A stretch of DNA of 64,000 bases from Candidatus Bathyarchaeota archaeon (lineage in GTDB: Archaea; Thermoproteota; Bathyarchaeia; 40CM-2-53-6): contig CAWHWX010000001.1 in assembly GCA_963833125.1 (NCBI GenBank), forward strand, positions 345,702-409,701. The letters run 5' to 3'. The notes under the pieces were generated by a model. That model made no database searches, had not been told where the DNA came from, and saw only the letters and a list, made by a program, of their open reading frames with translations. Position numbers and translations under genes: made by a program. This document shows positions 42,508-52,372 of this stretch, piece by piece. How positions within the stretch are numbered: position 1 is the first letter of the stretch; each line of letters starts with the position of its first letter.

Positions 42508-43052
42508 AATCGTAGGGGTGGACGATGGCGCGTTTCAACTTAGAAGAGGAACTGTTGGATCAGCCGTTGTTGTAGCAGTACTGTTTCACGGATCCCGAAT
42601 ATCTGCCGCGAGGCTGGGGAGAATAGAGATCGATGGGACTGACGCTAACGCCGTCCTCATTGCATTATTGAAGACTATGAGTTACGACGTCGTAATGCTC
42701 AGTGGAATTTCTTTCGGCGGCTTCAATCTCGTCGACCTCAAGTCCCTTTCAGAGGAATATAGGAAAGCCAGTCATAGCCGTCGTTAGTGAGAGACCGAAC
42801 AACATGGCTGTGCGACTTGCATTGCGAGATCACTTTGAAGACTGGAAACGGCGGTGGCGGATAGTTCGGAACGCGGGACCCTTGTACTCGTGCAGGCCAT
42901 TGCTCAAGGGGTCGAAGGTTTACTTCGAAGTTAAGGGGGCTTCTCCGCGTTTTGCTCGGAAACTTATCGCCTCATCATCTATGATCTCTCGGCTCCCGGA
43001 ACCAATCCGGGTGGCCGGACTATTGGCTAGAGGCCTGACACCGCTTGGTTAA
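42500..43052 (+). CDS. DUF99 / endonuclease V-like protein (frameshift; start uncertain)
   Basis: IVGVDDG, IDGTDA, GISFGGFNLVD, LPEPIRVA. Confidence 0.78.
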
Positions 43053-44545
43053 GCTTCGTTGAAATTGATTAGACGAATCTGCATAGTGTGAAGGTTCAGG
43101 GCCGTTAGTATACCTGGAGTAGGGACCAAGCCGACTCGTCGTTGGTAATCAGTCTGCGCTTGCCAAGCGCCCGAGTTAATTATCTGAGTTCCGCGGTAGT
43201 TCTCGTATTTGACCACGTGTATGTGACCTGATTGAAAAACGTCGGGAACCCGTTCAATAACCAAATGATCAACCTTCTCAGGGGATATTGACGTCCGATT
43301 CCCATATTCCGAAGCCAAATGCCTACACTGGAGTTGAAGCCTCATCGCCTTTTCGGGTTGAGTGAAGTCTACGTTTGGGGAGCTTGAGATAATATCATCG
43401 AGGCTTCGGCCATGATGAAGAAGGAACTTGACGCCGTGAAATGACACCTCAGCTGGGTTTCCGAGAGAGACTAGTTCACGAGATTCATACAGTGGTTCTC
43501 CAAAATCGTGCGGTATCGGGGGTTGGGGAAGCGCTTGCCTGACGGGGTCGTGATTGCCAGGGATCACGACGGTTTCAATGTAGTCAGGTATCCTGCCAAC
43601 ATATTTGGCCGCCTCCTGGTACTGCTGATATAAATCAACGATCGCTAGTTCATGTTCTTGCCGCGGGTAAATTCCGATGCCGTCAACAATGTCTCCGCAG
43701 ATTACCAGATACTTCGCGCGTTCGGCGATTGATCGTTGGTTAGGATCTCCGATTTTCAGGTTTAACCAGTCGAAAACTCTGCTCAGCTCTGTACTCAAGA
43801 ATTTCTTGCTTCCGGCATGAAGGTCCGACAGTAGGATTGCCCATACGTCTTCTTCAGCCAAGTGTGGCTTGTGATCTGGAATGTCAGGAAGTAGAATTTC
43901 TTTCGCTACAAACAAGTCTCCTTTCGCCCTTACTCCGCTTACGCATATCACTTGATCCAGAGGAAGTCTCTGGGCTGTTTCGTACGCTGCTCTTTCTTCT
44001 GGCGAAACTAGTACAGTCGCTGTATCTTCGAAATCGTCGAGCTGCAAAAACAGTTTTCGCTGCCTTTCGCGCTTCTCCATAATCATCGCGATGAACTTTA
44101 CCTTCTTATTTTGCTCCTGGCCGAGGGCAACGCCTAGGGTAGTCGCATCCCTTGAATCTGGCCGTTCGCGAAACGTTCGAGTGAGTTTCTGAAATCTGTC
44201 TCTGAAATAGTGAGAGAAGTCGTCTATGCCGCCTCCCGTCCCTATCTCCTTCGATGGGTCTCTCAGAATTTCTAATCGCGGAGAGATTTGCTTCGCAGGA
44301 ATCGTGCGTGACACTGAAACTTGAACCTGCGGGGTCTCCAAGAGTGGAGGTGCTGAGATCTCAAGTAATTCCTGTCTCGATAATATGTGAGATGTGTTGG
44401 TCTTGTCACCAACTGAAAGGAGAACGTTCTTTGCGAATGTTGATGCCTGGGCCTCATTCATGGTTTTGAGGTAATCGTATGCCGAGCGGTCGAGTTGGTA
44501 TCCTGCTAACGCAAGTTCTTGAACGAATCGTCGTAGATGCTCCAC
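43049..44545 (-). CDS. polB: DNA polymerase D small subunit DP1
   Basis: LSDLHAGS, GDIVDG, PGNHD, HGRSLDD, SGHIH. Confidence 0.93.
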   Translation of the reverse strand: MEHLRRFVQELALAGYQLDRSAYDYLKTMNEAQASTFAKNVLLSVGDKTNTSHILSRQELLEISAPPLLETPQVQVSVSRTIPAKQISPRLEILRDPSKEIGTGGGIDDFSHYFRDRFQKLTRTFRERPDSRDATTLGVALGQEQNKKVKFIAMIMEKRERQRKLFLQLDDFEDTATVLVSPEERAAYETAQRLPLDQVICVSGVRAKGDLFVAKEILLPDIPDHKPHLAEEDVWAILLSDLHAGSKKFLSTELSRVFDWLNLKIGDPNQRSIAERAKYLVICGDIVDGIGIYPRQEHELAIVDLYQQYQEAAKYVGRIPDYIETVVIPGNHDPVRQALPQPPIPHDFGEPLYESRELVSLGNPAEVSFHGVKFLLHHGRSLDDIISSSPNVDFTQPEKAMRLQLQCRHLASEYGNRTSISPEKVDHLVIERVPDVFQSGHIHVVKYENYRGTQIINSGAWQAQTDYQRRVGLVPTPGILTALNLHTMQIRLINFNEA

Positions 44546-44680
44546 AGGCAGGACCTTTCCGGATGGAATCAGCGTAAGATGAGTGGAACCTGCCTATAGT
44601 ACCTTTTATTGGGTAGAGAACATTAACGCACGTGAAAATGGAAGCTCGCGCAACCGAGTATCCGGCTTCCATGTTGGATA

Positions 44681-45463
44681 GTGTTCGCCTCATTGAGTGA
44701 AAGTGAAAGGGTCAAGACAGGAATCAAAGGTCTCGATGAATTAATCGAGGGTGGTTTGCCTAGAGGTTTCAGTTTTCTTTTGCTTGGTGGACCAGGCACT
44801 GGGAAGACTACGTTCGGAGTTCAATATTTGTACAAGGGCGCCACCGAATACGGCGAGGGAGGGATGTACGTCACATTCGATGAACCGCCATACTCGATAT
44901 CGGGCAATAGCCTAAGGTACGGTTGGGACCTTGGTGAGCAAGAGAAGGTCGGTAAGATATCTTTCGTAGACGCCTCACCGATAAAGCGCGAAGCAAGAGC
45001 CGGGACGTTCGTCCCACCTTCGCTAGGGCAGAGTTTCTTGGGGGGAGCCAAATTTAACCTCGAAAGTGTAGTTTCCGCGATTAGAGAGGTAAAACAGAAG
45101 ATCAATGCGAAACGTTGTGTTATCGATTCAGTTTCGGCTCTCACGCTGCAGTACAAGGACGATTTTGAAATTAGACAGCAGACGCTGAAACTCATCAAAG
45201 ATCTAACGGAGATGAACCTCACTACAATCATGTTGGCTGAAAACCCCGAGGACAGGCAGGATATGACTCGGTTCGGTGCCGAAGCATTTCTCGCACAGGG
45301 CGTAATTGTACTTCACATGTATCGAGTCGAGGAGTCTAATGTCAAAGCTCTCGAAGTTCGAAAAATGCGCGGAGCGAAGCATACAGATCGACTGTGCCCT
45401 TATAGAATTACGGCCGAGGGGATTGAGGTCTACCCTGAAGAAACTGTCTTCCGCTCAGTGTAG
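44681..45463 (+). CDS. KaiC/RAD55-family ATPase
   Basis: TGIKGLDELIEGG, GGPGTGKT, VIDS, LEVRKMRG. Confidence 0.9.
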   Translation: MFASLSESERVKTGIKGLDELIEGGLPRGFSFLLLGGPGTGKTTFGVQYLYKGATEYGEGGMYVTFDEPPYSISGNSLRYGWDLGEQEKVGKISFVDASPIKREARAGTFVPPSLGQSFLGGAKFNLESVVSAIREVKQKINAKRCVIDSVSALTLQYKDDFEIRQQTLKLIKDLTEMNLTTIMLAENPEDRQDMTRFGAEAFLAQGVIVLHMYRVEESNVKALEVRKMRGAKHTDRLCPYRITAEGIEVYPEETVFRSV

Positions 45464-45486
45464 TAGGTTAAGATGACTGCAAAGTT

Positions 45487-45759
45487 TTGTCTGAATTCGA
45501 CCTAACCGATGAAGAAGAAGAGAGGCTCATCGGCAACATTGCTAAGCTTGTTGTAGGTAAAGGGCTTGAAGCACCCGCAATTATGTTCCTTGAGGTTACA
45601 AAACCTCTAGCCTTCATTGCTTCGCAGTTAGCAATCGTCGTCCTCGGGCCTCTGCAATGGCTCTTTGACCTTGAAGGCCCTAAGTATACTGGGCTATTCA
45701 TGAAGAAGCAGAATGTAAGCAGAATCATCGATCGAATAGAGGAGCTGTCTAAGTCTTAG
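45487..45759 (+). CDS. Hypothetical protein
   Basis: IAKLVVGKGLEAPAIMFLEVTKPLAFIASQ; follows the KaiC-like gene. Confidence 0.65.
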   Translation: MSEFDLTDEEEERLIGNIAKLVVGKGLEAPAIMFLEVTKPLAFIASQLAIVVLGPLQWLFDLEGPKYTGLFMKKQNVSRIIDRIEELSKS

Positions 45760-45761
45760 GC

Positions 45762-46520
45762 TTAGTTATTTTCGACTTCGTTTCGGTAATGGGTCGCTTG
45801 TTTTTCTCCCTGTACATGTAGTAACCGAAAATTACCAAGAATGCGACTACCCCGATTGGAGCATAAGCACCTTCGGTAGCGGTTCCCATTCCTAGAGCGC
45901 GCCAAGGGAATGACGCAGTTGCCTACAAGAAATTGCACTCTTTGAATTATTATCGCCATTCGTCCCAAAACCGTGCTTCCGAAGACAGCCCCAAGGGTTG
46001 CGAGGATGAAGTACTTGCCGATTTTTGTAACTCCTCCCCAGACCCCTTTCTGTTCCCGGTGCAGGATGAAGTAGGAGAGAGATAGGATGGTGCCTGCAAC
46101 TAAGACTACATTGTCGAAAGTAGTAAGCACATTTCCCGTAAAGAGAGGGACCATGGTTGCGATCACTTGTTTTACAAAAAACGTCGCAAATACGCTCCAG
46201 ATAGTGACCCCTAAACCGTAACCAATCGCTAGACTCAAGGGCACGCGGTATAGATCCGAGTATTTCTTCGTGAACTGCGCATAAAACAGCGAACCCAGGA
46301 TGACTGGTACTATGAACGTTAGGTTTCCGTCAACGAAAATCGGGTTCAAAGCTTGGTTTAGGAACAGGCGTAGGGAAGCGGCAAGAGCGTAACCGGCGGC
46401 GAGGCCGATAAAGGAGTATTCGGCTAGTCGGAAGAATGGGTTTTCCTTGTACAGGAAACTAAGCACCATAAGCGTAATGAATACACCAACCCAAACCCCA
46501 ATCAGATCAATTGGATTCAT
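45762..46520 (-). CDS. Membrane protein of the DUF6754-associated operon
   Basis: SFLYKENPFFRLAE; multiple TM segments. Confidence 0.75.
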   Translation of the reverse strand: MNPIDLIGVWVGVFITLMVLSFLYKENPFFRLAEYSFIGLAAGYALAASLRLFLNQALNPIFVDGNLTFIVPVILGSLFYAQFTKKYSDLYRVPLSLAIGYGLGVTIWSVFATFFVKQVIATMVPLFTGNVLTTFDNVVLVAGTILSLSYFILHREQKGVWGGVTKIGKYFILATLGAVFGSTVLGRMAIIIQRVQFLVGNCVIPLARSRNGNRYRRCLCSNRGSRILGNFRLLHVQGEKQATHYRNEVENN

Positions 46521-46523
46521 CGT

Positions 46524-47366
46524 TCATTTCTCCTTCTTCGAAGTTCGCCGACTAATGAAATAGGCCGCATTGCCAAATACGACCATCGCGACTATCAGAA
46601 CATGAGACGCGGATAATGCAACCATGGAGGAGGTTGCGCCGCTAATCCCCAGGCAGCAATTATACTGCTGGTTAAGCAGCGACTCGTACTCTGCGGCCCC
46701 GCGTATGCTAATCAGGACGCCCACAAGCTGGCCTGAATTGTAGAATGGCATGAAGCCTGGAGCTATTGTGGCTGTAGCTCCGACTGCAACTGCGATATTG
46801 AAACTCCCTTGCCAATATTGAAGATAAGAGTAGAGGGCGCTGCTGTCATCGTCGAATGTGATTACGAATGCAGCGTCTTTTGCGGCTGGAAATTCTTTGA
46901 TGATCGGAAGGCTAGCCGTGGGATTGCCGTGTGTGTCAATGGGCAGGAATTGGGCTATGTTTGATGGCATTCCAATTAGCGTCGCAGTGTTGGGAATGTA
47001 TCCAAGGTTCGCGTAGTCGACTCCATAGGTCTTATTGCCTTTGTTGATTGTGTCGAGGACTGCGTCCGCTAACGGTGGGCCGTTATTATCCAGCGCGACG
47101 AACAGAACCTTGAGCGGCCTCATGAAGATGTGTTGCGTGACGACTATGGCTTGCGGGTGCAATTCAGGGACGACGCTTGTAGCGTAATCGAAGCTCTCTA
47201 CCACGAGACTATTGGGGGGTAAATTCTGGATGAAATCAAATAATGCTCGCGTCGTTGGGGTGATTGGAACCGCGATTACTGCATTCGTAAGAATAGGTAC
47301 AGTAATGACCAGCAAGAGGATTAGGTACACTAGCCTTGGATCCGATCTGAGACTTGAGGAAGCCAT
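46524..47366 (-). CDS. Membrane-anchored protein of the DUF6754-associated operon
   Basis: YGVDYANLGY, GAAEYE; N- and C-terminal TM segments. Confidence 0.75.
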   Translation of the reverse strand: MASSSLRSDPRLVYLILLLVITVPILTNAVIAVPITPTTRALFDFIQNLPPNSLVVESFDYATSVVPELHPQAIVVTQHIFMRPLKVLFVALDNNGPPLADAVLDTINKGNKTYGVDYANLGYIPNTATLIGMPSNIAQFLPIDTHGNPTASLPIIKEFPAAKDAAFVITFDDDSSALYSYLQYWQGSFNIAVAVGATATIAPGFMPFYNSGQLVGVLISIRGAAEYESLLNQQYNCCLGISGATSSMVALSASHVLIVAMVVFGNAAYFISRRTSKKEK

Positions 47367-47370
47367 TAAG

Positions 47371-48063
47371 TTAATCTCCCCAAGGGTACCGGAATAATCT
47401 GCGAACGCTGAACACAAGAATCCCGAGAGCAGCGCCGATGAGGATGCCTCTTTGACCAGCTGTATTGGGAAACGCCAATATCCAGTCGCGAATCACACCA
47501 AATCCTGGCCACACCAAATCTGCTATTGGCGCCTGTCCTAACACGACCAGTAAGCCTGCGGCAAGGAGAATCGTTGATTCTAAGGATCGCGCTTTGAAAG
47601 CCCGGTAAGCTGCTGAGGCAATGAAAAAGGCGAGAAGAGAAAAGATGCTTGAGTTTATGTTAACAAGAATTTTGTAGTATAGAAATTCCCAGATCGGGGT
47701 TGAGAATGCGATGACACTTGCAGGTATTACGGCCGCCTGGGGGTCCAGCGCGTAAGGTGAAGCGATCATGCTGAATATCGCCATAGCATAAAGGGACACA
47801 AGCAGAATTATGCTGTACCTCCAAGTCGCCCGCTTTCTTTTGATGTTGTTCACATGAACGCGAGTGAGGTTGATGACTCCAATTGCGAATGCGGCCGTGA
47901 GCATTGCAGTCAAGTAGGCTAATAACTGGTCAGAAACAGCTTGTAAATCAACTATTCCTGGCACTGCAACATAGTAGACGATTGCATAGAAGAAACCCAA
48001 GCTGAAGATAATTACCTGAAGGCCAAGGTCCCCGCGAGTCATCTTCTTCTTGTCTGAGCTCAT
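47371..48063 (-). CDS. Membrane protein of the DUF6754-associated operon
   Basis: FSLLAFFIASAAYRAFKARS, PNTAGQRGILIG. Confidence 0.75.
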   Translation of the reverse strand: MSSDKKKMTRGDLGLQVIIFSLGFFYAIVYYVAVPGIVDLQAVSDQLLAYLTAMLTAAFAIGVINLTRVHVNNIKRKRATWRYSIILLVSLYAMAIFSMIASPYALDPQAAVIPASVIAFSTPIWEFLYYKILVNINSSIFSLLAFFIASAAYRAFKARSLESTILLAAGLLVVLGQAPIADLVWPGFGVIRDWILAFPNTAGQRGILIGAALGILVFSVRRLFRYPWGD

Positions 48064-48070
48064 CGGCGAC

Positions 48071-48841
48071 TCATAACCCCATCAAGGCGATCAGGATCGA
48101 GTTACCGAAAGTTATGAGGAGAGCGCCAGCCAAAATGAGGAGGATCGCGAGGATCTTTCCTGCGTCGGGTCCGATGAGCTGGGAAATGGCCTCAGGGTCC
48201 GAGGAGAGGTATCCTTGTGCTGTGTATAGTTCCTCTCCGATTAGAGTTTGATCGCAAGTCGTCATGAAAAATGCCAATTGATCTGTATTGGTTGTGCCTC
48301 CGAACTGGTAGATGGCTTCGCCTCTGCCAGTCTCGGCAATTTGCAATGCTTCGGCCTGAAAGTCGCCGACGAAAAAGTTAACGGCGGGTTTTTCGCGACG
48401 CAGAATCCCCATGACACCAGCTGCATATGCGAACTGTCGGGTAGATACATACCGCACCATGTCGGTGCTGTACTCTTTCTCTCTCCCGGCCTTAGCATAT
48501 GCACTTTTCACCATATCCTCAGTAATCTGTTGCACTTGCGGGTCGGAGTTTGCAACGAGAAGTCGAGCGTTATGTTCAACACAATGTTTCGCTACGTATC
48601 CGAGGAGGGCTAGTGCGGCAAGTGTGTCTGGTGTGGTTATCCCGCCTGTTCCGGGTGTGAAGAAGACGCTTCGATTGAGTTTTGCTGCTTCCTTAATCCA
48701 TTCATCAATCCTCTCCAGGCCAGGGATGCCCCGCGTCTTCAGTTTCCTTTTCGACGCGAACTTTGCAACCGCGTAAATAGCAACCAACACAATAACGAGT
48801 AGTATGGCTTGTGCTATACGGCCGGGTATTAATTCCAACAT
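48071..48841 (-). CDS. DUF6754-like protein
   Basis: IPGLERIDE, QFAYAAGV, AEALQIAETG, LIGEELY. Confidence 0.75.
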   Translation of the reverse strand: MLELIPGRIAQAILLVIVLVAIYAVAKFASKRKLKTRGIPGLERIDEWIKEAAKLNRSVFFTPGTGGITTPDTLAALALLGYVAKHCVEHNARLLVANSDPQVQQITEDMVKSAYAKAGREKEYSTDMVRYVSTRQFAYAAGVMGILRREKPAVNFFVGDFQAEALQIAETGRGEAIYQFGGTTNTDQLAFFMTTCDQTLIGEELYTAQGYLSSDPEAISQLIGPDAGKILAILLILAGALLITFGNSILIALMGL

Positions 48842-49014
48842 AAGACGAACACTACGAGCGTTCGCGGCTGTATGCGGCGATTTGCTTAAGACTCTATCTG
48901 TACCCGAATCCAAGGGAAACAAACGCAATTAGCGTCTGCAACGAGAAAACGAACAGATAAACAGAAAAAGACTGAAAATAGGGTTGACCAGGAAACGGAA
49001 CCCGACATGCGGGT

Positions 49015-49095
49015 TTAAGCTACCATTTCCTCTTGTCTAACGTTCTTGTCGTGCTCAGTACCTAATTTCATCTTAACCTTACGTTTCTTCGCCAT
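49015..49095 (-). CDS. 26-aa small protein, copy 1 (MAKKRKVKMKLGTEHDKNVRQEEMVA)
   Basis: GGAGGTGA SD, TTATATA box upstream, hairpin plus T-tract downstream; paralog at 60137-60217. Confidence 0.8.
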   Translation of the reverse strand: MAKKRKVKMKLGTEHDKNVRQEEMVA

Positions 49096-49227
49096 CTCAA
49101 TTCACCTCCCTGTTTTCTGGTCTTACATAACCAGGCTGCTAAGAGCTGGGATGAATCTTGTATATAACTGGGCTTGGAGAAAAAGGTAAAAAGCCCGAAT
49201 GTTCTACATTTCCACCGGAGATACTTA

Positions 49228-49464
49228 GTGTCGAGAACATTCGAACCGGGCAAAAAGAGGCGGCTTAGCCGAAGTATCAAGATCAGCTCCGATATGTACG
49301 AGCGACTTGTGAGCCTACAGGGGTTTTTGCAGTTGAAAGAGAGACGTAAGCGAAGTATGGATGAGTTAATCGAATTCATCTTATCTTTCGTGCCAGACCT
49401 AGAGATCGACGTAGACGAAAACTACTACATTGTTCAGAGCAAGGCGAAAAAACAGTCAGCATAG
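49228..49464 (+). CDS. Ribbon-helix-helix-like protein, divergent from the small-peptide gene
   Basis: RSIKISSDMYERL...SMDELIEFIL; GGAG before the GTG start. Confidence 0.55.
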   Translation: MSRTFEPGKKRRLSRSIKISSDMYERLVSLQGFLQLKERRKRSMDELIEFILSFVPDLEIDVDENYYIVQSKAKKQSA

Positions 49465-49655
49465 TCGCAAACGTTCCAAATCCACGCCTCTCCAATAATT
49501 GTGTCCCATTTTCGGCGATATATGTAGACAAGGTTCGGCAATGGCTTATTCATGGTAGGAATTATGCCGCTAAGAAGTTTATACGGCATCTAACACAGCG
49601 GTCTGGCACCCAAGGAACAGCGTAAACCGACTGTCTTTGCTGGAGGTCATAGAGA

Positions 49656-50870
49656 ATGCAACTCAAAGTGTACAATTCACTTACCCGCAGGAATGAACTG
49701 TTCACGATATCCACGAACGGGCAGGTTAGGATGTTCGTATGTGGACCCACAGTATACGATTTCGTTCATTTGGGACACGCTAGAACATATCTTGCCTTTG
49801 ATACGATCACTCGTTATCTGAAGTTCTTGGGCTATAAAATCCAATACCTCATGAATATCACAGATGTAGCTGAGCGAGTCGTTCAACGAGCCGAGCAGTT
49901 AAAACGAGACCCTCTTGACCTTGCCCGAGAGTACGAAGTCGACTTCTTGGAAGACATGCAGGCTCTTGGAATAACACAGGTTGACCGGTTCGAAAGAGCT
50001 TCCGAAGCCATTCCGAAAATGATCGCCCAGGTAACTGGTCTAATCGACAGGGGAATAGCATACGAAACAGAAACCGGAGTCTATTTCGAGGTCGACAAGT
50101 TCCCCAAGTTCGGTCAACTTTCCGGCTTAACCCACGAAGAACTCGGCTTGCGAAGGCTTGAGCTATGCTCTTCGAAACGACAACCCGAGGATTTCTCATT
50201 GTGGAGAAAGTATGAGAAAGGTCTCGCTTGGGATTCACCTTGGGGACGAGGCAGGCCGGGATGGCACATTGAGGACACAGCCATCTCGATGGCGCAGTTC
50301 GGAGACACGTATGACATCCATGGTGGTGCCCGAGAACTCATTTTTCCACACCATGAAGCCGAGATTGCGCAGGCAGAAGCCCTGACTGGGAAGATCCCGT
50401 TCGTGCGTTACTGGCTTCACACGGGTTTGTTGAATGTAGAGGGTCGTAAGATGAGCAAATCATTGGGTAACGTAATCCGTATTCGCGACGCCCTCCGAGA
50501 ATACACCGCACCGGAAATCAGATTCTATTTTGAATCGGTGCATTACAGGCAACCGATGGTATTTTCAAAGAGTGGAATGATCAAGGCCAAACGTCGGTTG
50601 GATCATCTCCTCAAGAATTTCAACGCATTCTTAGACGCAACGCCAGCGGCAGACCTAAAGACGAAAAACCCACCTGCCAAAATGGCGAGATACGAATCAA
50701 CATTCACACGCCATATGAACAACGACTTCGACACACCTGGAGCACTAAATGTCCTAGAAGAATTCGCTGATGAGCTCGCAAGAGTGGGCCCGACGCTCAA
50801 TCAACAAACGAAAACAGGATTCGAAGCAACATTTCGAAGCCTGGCAGGTTTGCTTGGCTTACTTTCCTAA
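49656..50870 (+). CDS. cysS: Cysteine--tRNA ligase
   Basis: CGPTVYD, HLGH, GRPGWHIE, FPHHE, KMSKS. Confidence 0.95.
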   Translation: MQLKVYNSLTRRNELFTISTNGQVRMFVCGPTVYDFVHLGHARTYLAFDTITRYLKFLGYKIQYLMNITDVAERVVQRAEQLKRDPLDLAREYEVDFLEDMQALGITQVDRFERASEAIPKMIAQVTGLIDRGIAYETETGVYFEVDKFPKFGQLSGLTHEELGLRRLELCSSKRQPEDFSLWRKYEKGLAWDSPWGRGRPGWHIEDTAISMAQFGDTYDIHGGARELIFPHHEAEIAQAEALTGKIPFVRYWLHTGLLNVEGRKMSKSLGNVIRIRDALREYTAPEIRFYFESVHYRQPMVFSKSGMIKAKRRLDHLLKNFNAFLDATPAADLKTKNPPAKMARYESTFTRHMNNDFDTPGALNVLEEFADELARVGPTLNQQTKTGFEATFRSLAGLLGLLS

Positions 50871-50877
50871 TTCCAGC

Positions 50878-51255
50878 CTAGTAGAGCCAAGCGCGAAGCG
50901 GATGCCTTGCTTCCTTAAGGACGAAGCGAAATGCCTCTTTCCCGGTGTCGAAATAATACCATTCATCCTTTCCTCCCGCTATATGCTTCCGCAATTTCGG
51001 GTTCCATAATTTATCGCAGATATTCACGCAATAACTGCCCCGATAGATGCCCACGAAGATGAATCCACCGTTTACGTGGTTCTCCAGATTTCCGTCTGCA
51101 CGCACTCCTTCGTCCTCGTCTAGGGCTTCGATGAAGTCTAACAGGTCTTTTTCATTTCTGATAGTGCGCTCAGAGTACGTTACTTGTGACGTCCGCTTTC
51201 TACTGTGTTGCATCAACGCCCCCCCGGAAGTTTCTAATGGTAATAGATCATTCAA
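50878..51255 (-). CDS. Hypothetical protein
   Basis: 125-aa ORF; likely start MQHSRK. Confidence 0.55.
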   Translation of the reverse strand: MNDLLPLETSGGALMQHSRKRTSQVTYSERTIRNEKDLLDFIEALDEDEGVRADGNLENHVNGGFIFVGIYRGSYCVNICDKLWNPKLRKHIAGGKDEWYYFDTGKEAFRFVLKEARHPLRAWLY

Positions 51256-51317
51256 ATCTACTTATTGAGTGGTCTATAAGTGGACTCGTGAGCCAAGAAA
51301 TCAAGGAAGCGCGTTGA

Positions 51318-52247
51318 TTGCCGTCAGTTTTAGTCCAATACGATGGCGACAAGGTGGAAACGAGAACATTCCGAACTCATCTTCGCGCTTTGGCATGGGA
51401 TAGCCACGGCCCCGATCCAATAATCGTGGGCAACGGAGGGCAGGTGATAAGAATCCGAGACCGCGAAATTCAACGACTCAATACAGATACCAAGTACAAC
51501 CTACGTGCTGTGTCAGTTAACCCGGTCGATAACTCGGCCTTGATCGTGGGAAATGCTGGCACGGTCCTACTGCTTCATGATGATGGGAATTTCATAAAGC
51601 TAAGCACGTCGACCGGTGAAAATCTTCGTGCTGCAGCTTGGAATCCGAAGGGAAATCTAGCATTGATTGCTGGAAACAATGGCGCTTTAATGAAATACTA
51701 CGAGAGCCACATAGAAGCGGTTGACAATGGCAGAGCGAATCTACGTGATATTTCTTGGCGACACGCTTCCGATCAAGCGCTAGTTAGCTCCAACTGCTTC
51801 GCTGAAGAATTCATCCCTTCCCCCAACCTCTTCGTGTACGAAACAAAATCGGATACTGTAAGGTCAGTCAATGAAGGGCGCTCCGACCTAATTGGCGTCG
51901 ACTGGAGGCCAGACGATGCATATGCGTTAGTGGTTGGGTATGATGTTGTCTGGCATAACGGATTAATCGCGAAATTCGACGAAAACACATTGGTGCCGAT
52001 CAAATTCGAAAATAAGCGCGTCTACCCAGTTGCAGTAAGGTGGGATCCGACGGGTAAGGTGGCAGCCATCGCCACAGCAACAACCCAAGTAGGGACCGGA
52101 AATGGCCAACTCAGCCTATGGGACGGAGAAAGCTTCAAGCAACTTTACAACAGCAACGAATTCTTCTTCAGCCGCGTCTCCTGGGCTGCGCATGGCTTCA
52201 AACTTGCCGCAATTGCCTCGACCTATACTAGGACTTTCAACTGCTGA
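51318..52247 (+). CDS. Beta-propeller repeat protein
   Basis: Repeated NLRAxxWxP...ALIVGNxG blades. Confidence 0.75.
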   Translation: MPSVLVQYDGDKVETRTFRTHLRALAWDSHGPDPIIVGNGGQVIRIRDREIQRLNTDTKYNLRAVSVNPVDNSALIVGNAGTVLLLHDDGNFIKLSTSTGENLRAAAWNPKGNLALIAGNNGALMKYYESHIEAVDNGRANLRDISWRHASDQALVSSNCFAEEFIPSPNLFVYETKSDTVRSVNEGRSDLIGVDWRPDDAYALVVGYDVVWHNGLIAKFDENTLVPIKFENKRVYPVAVRWDPTGKVAAIATATTQVGTGNGQLSLWDGESFKQLYNSNEFFFSRVSWAAHGFKLAAIASTYTRTFNC

Positions 52248-52372
52248 GGGAACATGATTCCTTAGCCGGATTGAGAATGCGCAAACATCTGCGTTATTGG
52301 CAGGGGCGTGAGTTGGCAAGTCTTTTAACTGATGAAAAGCGATGTTTGCAAAGACCAAAAGCGTGAAGCTCG

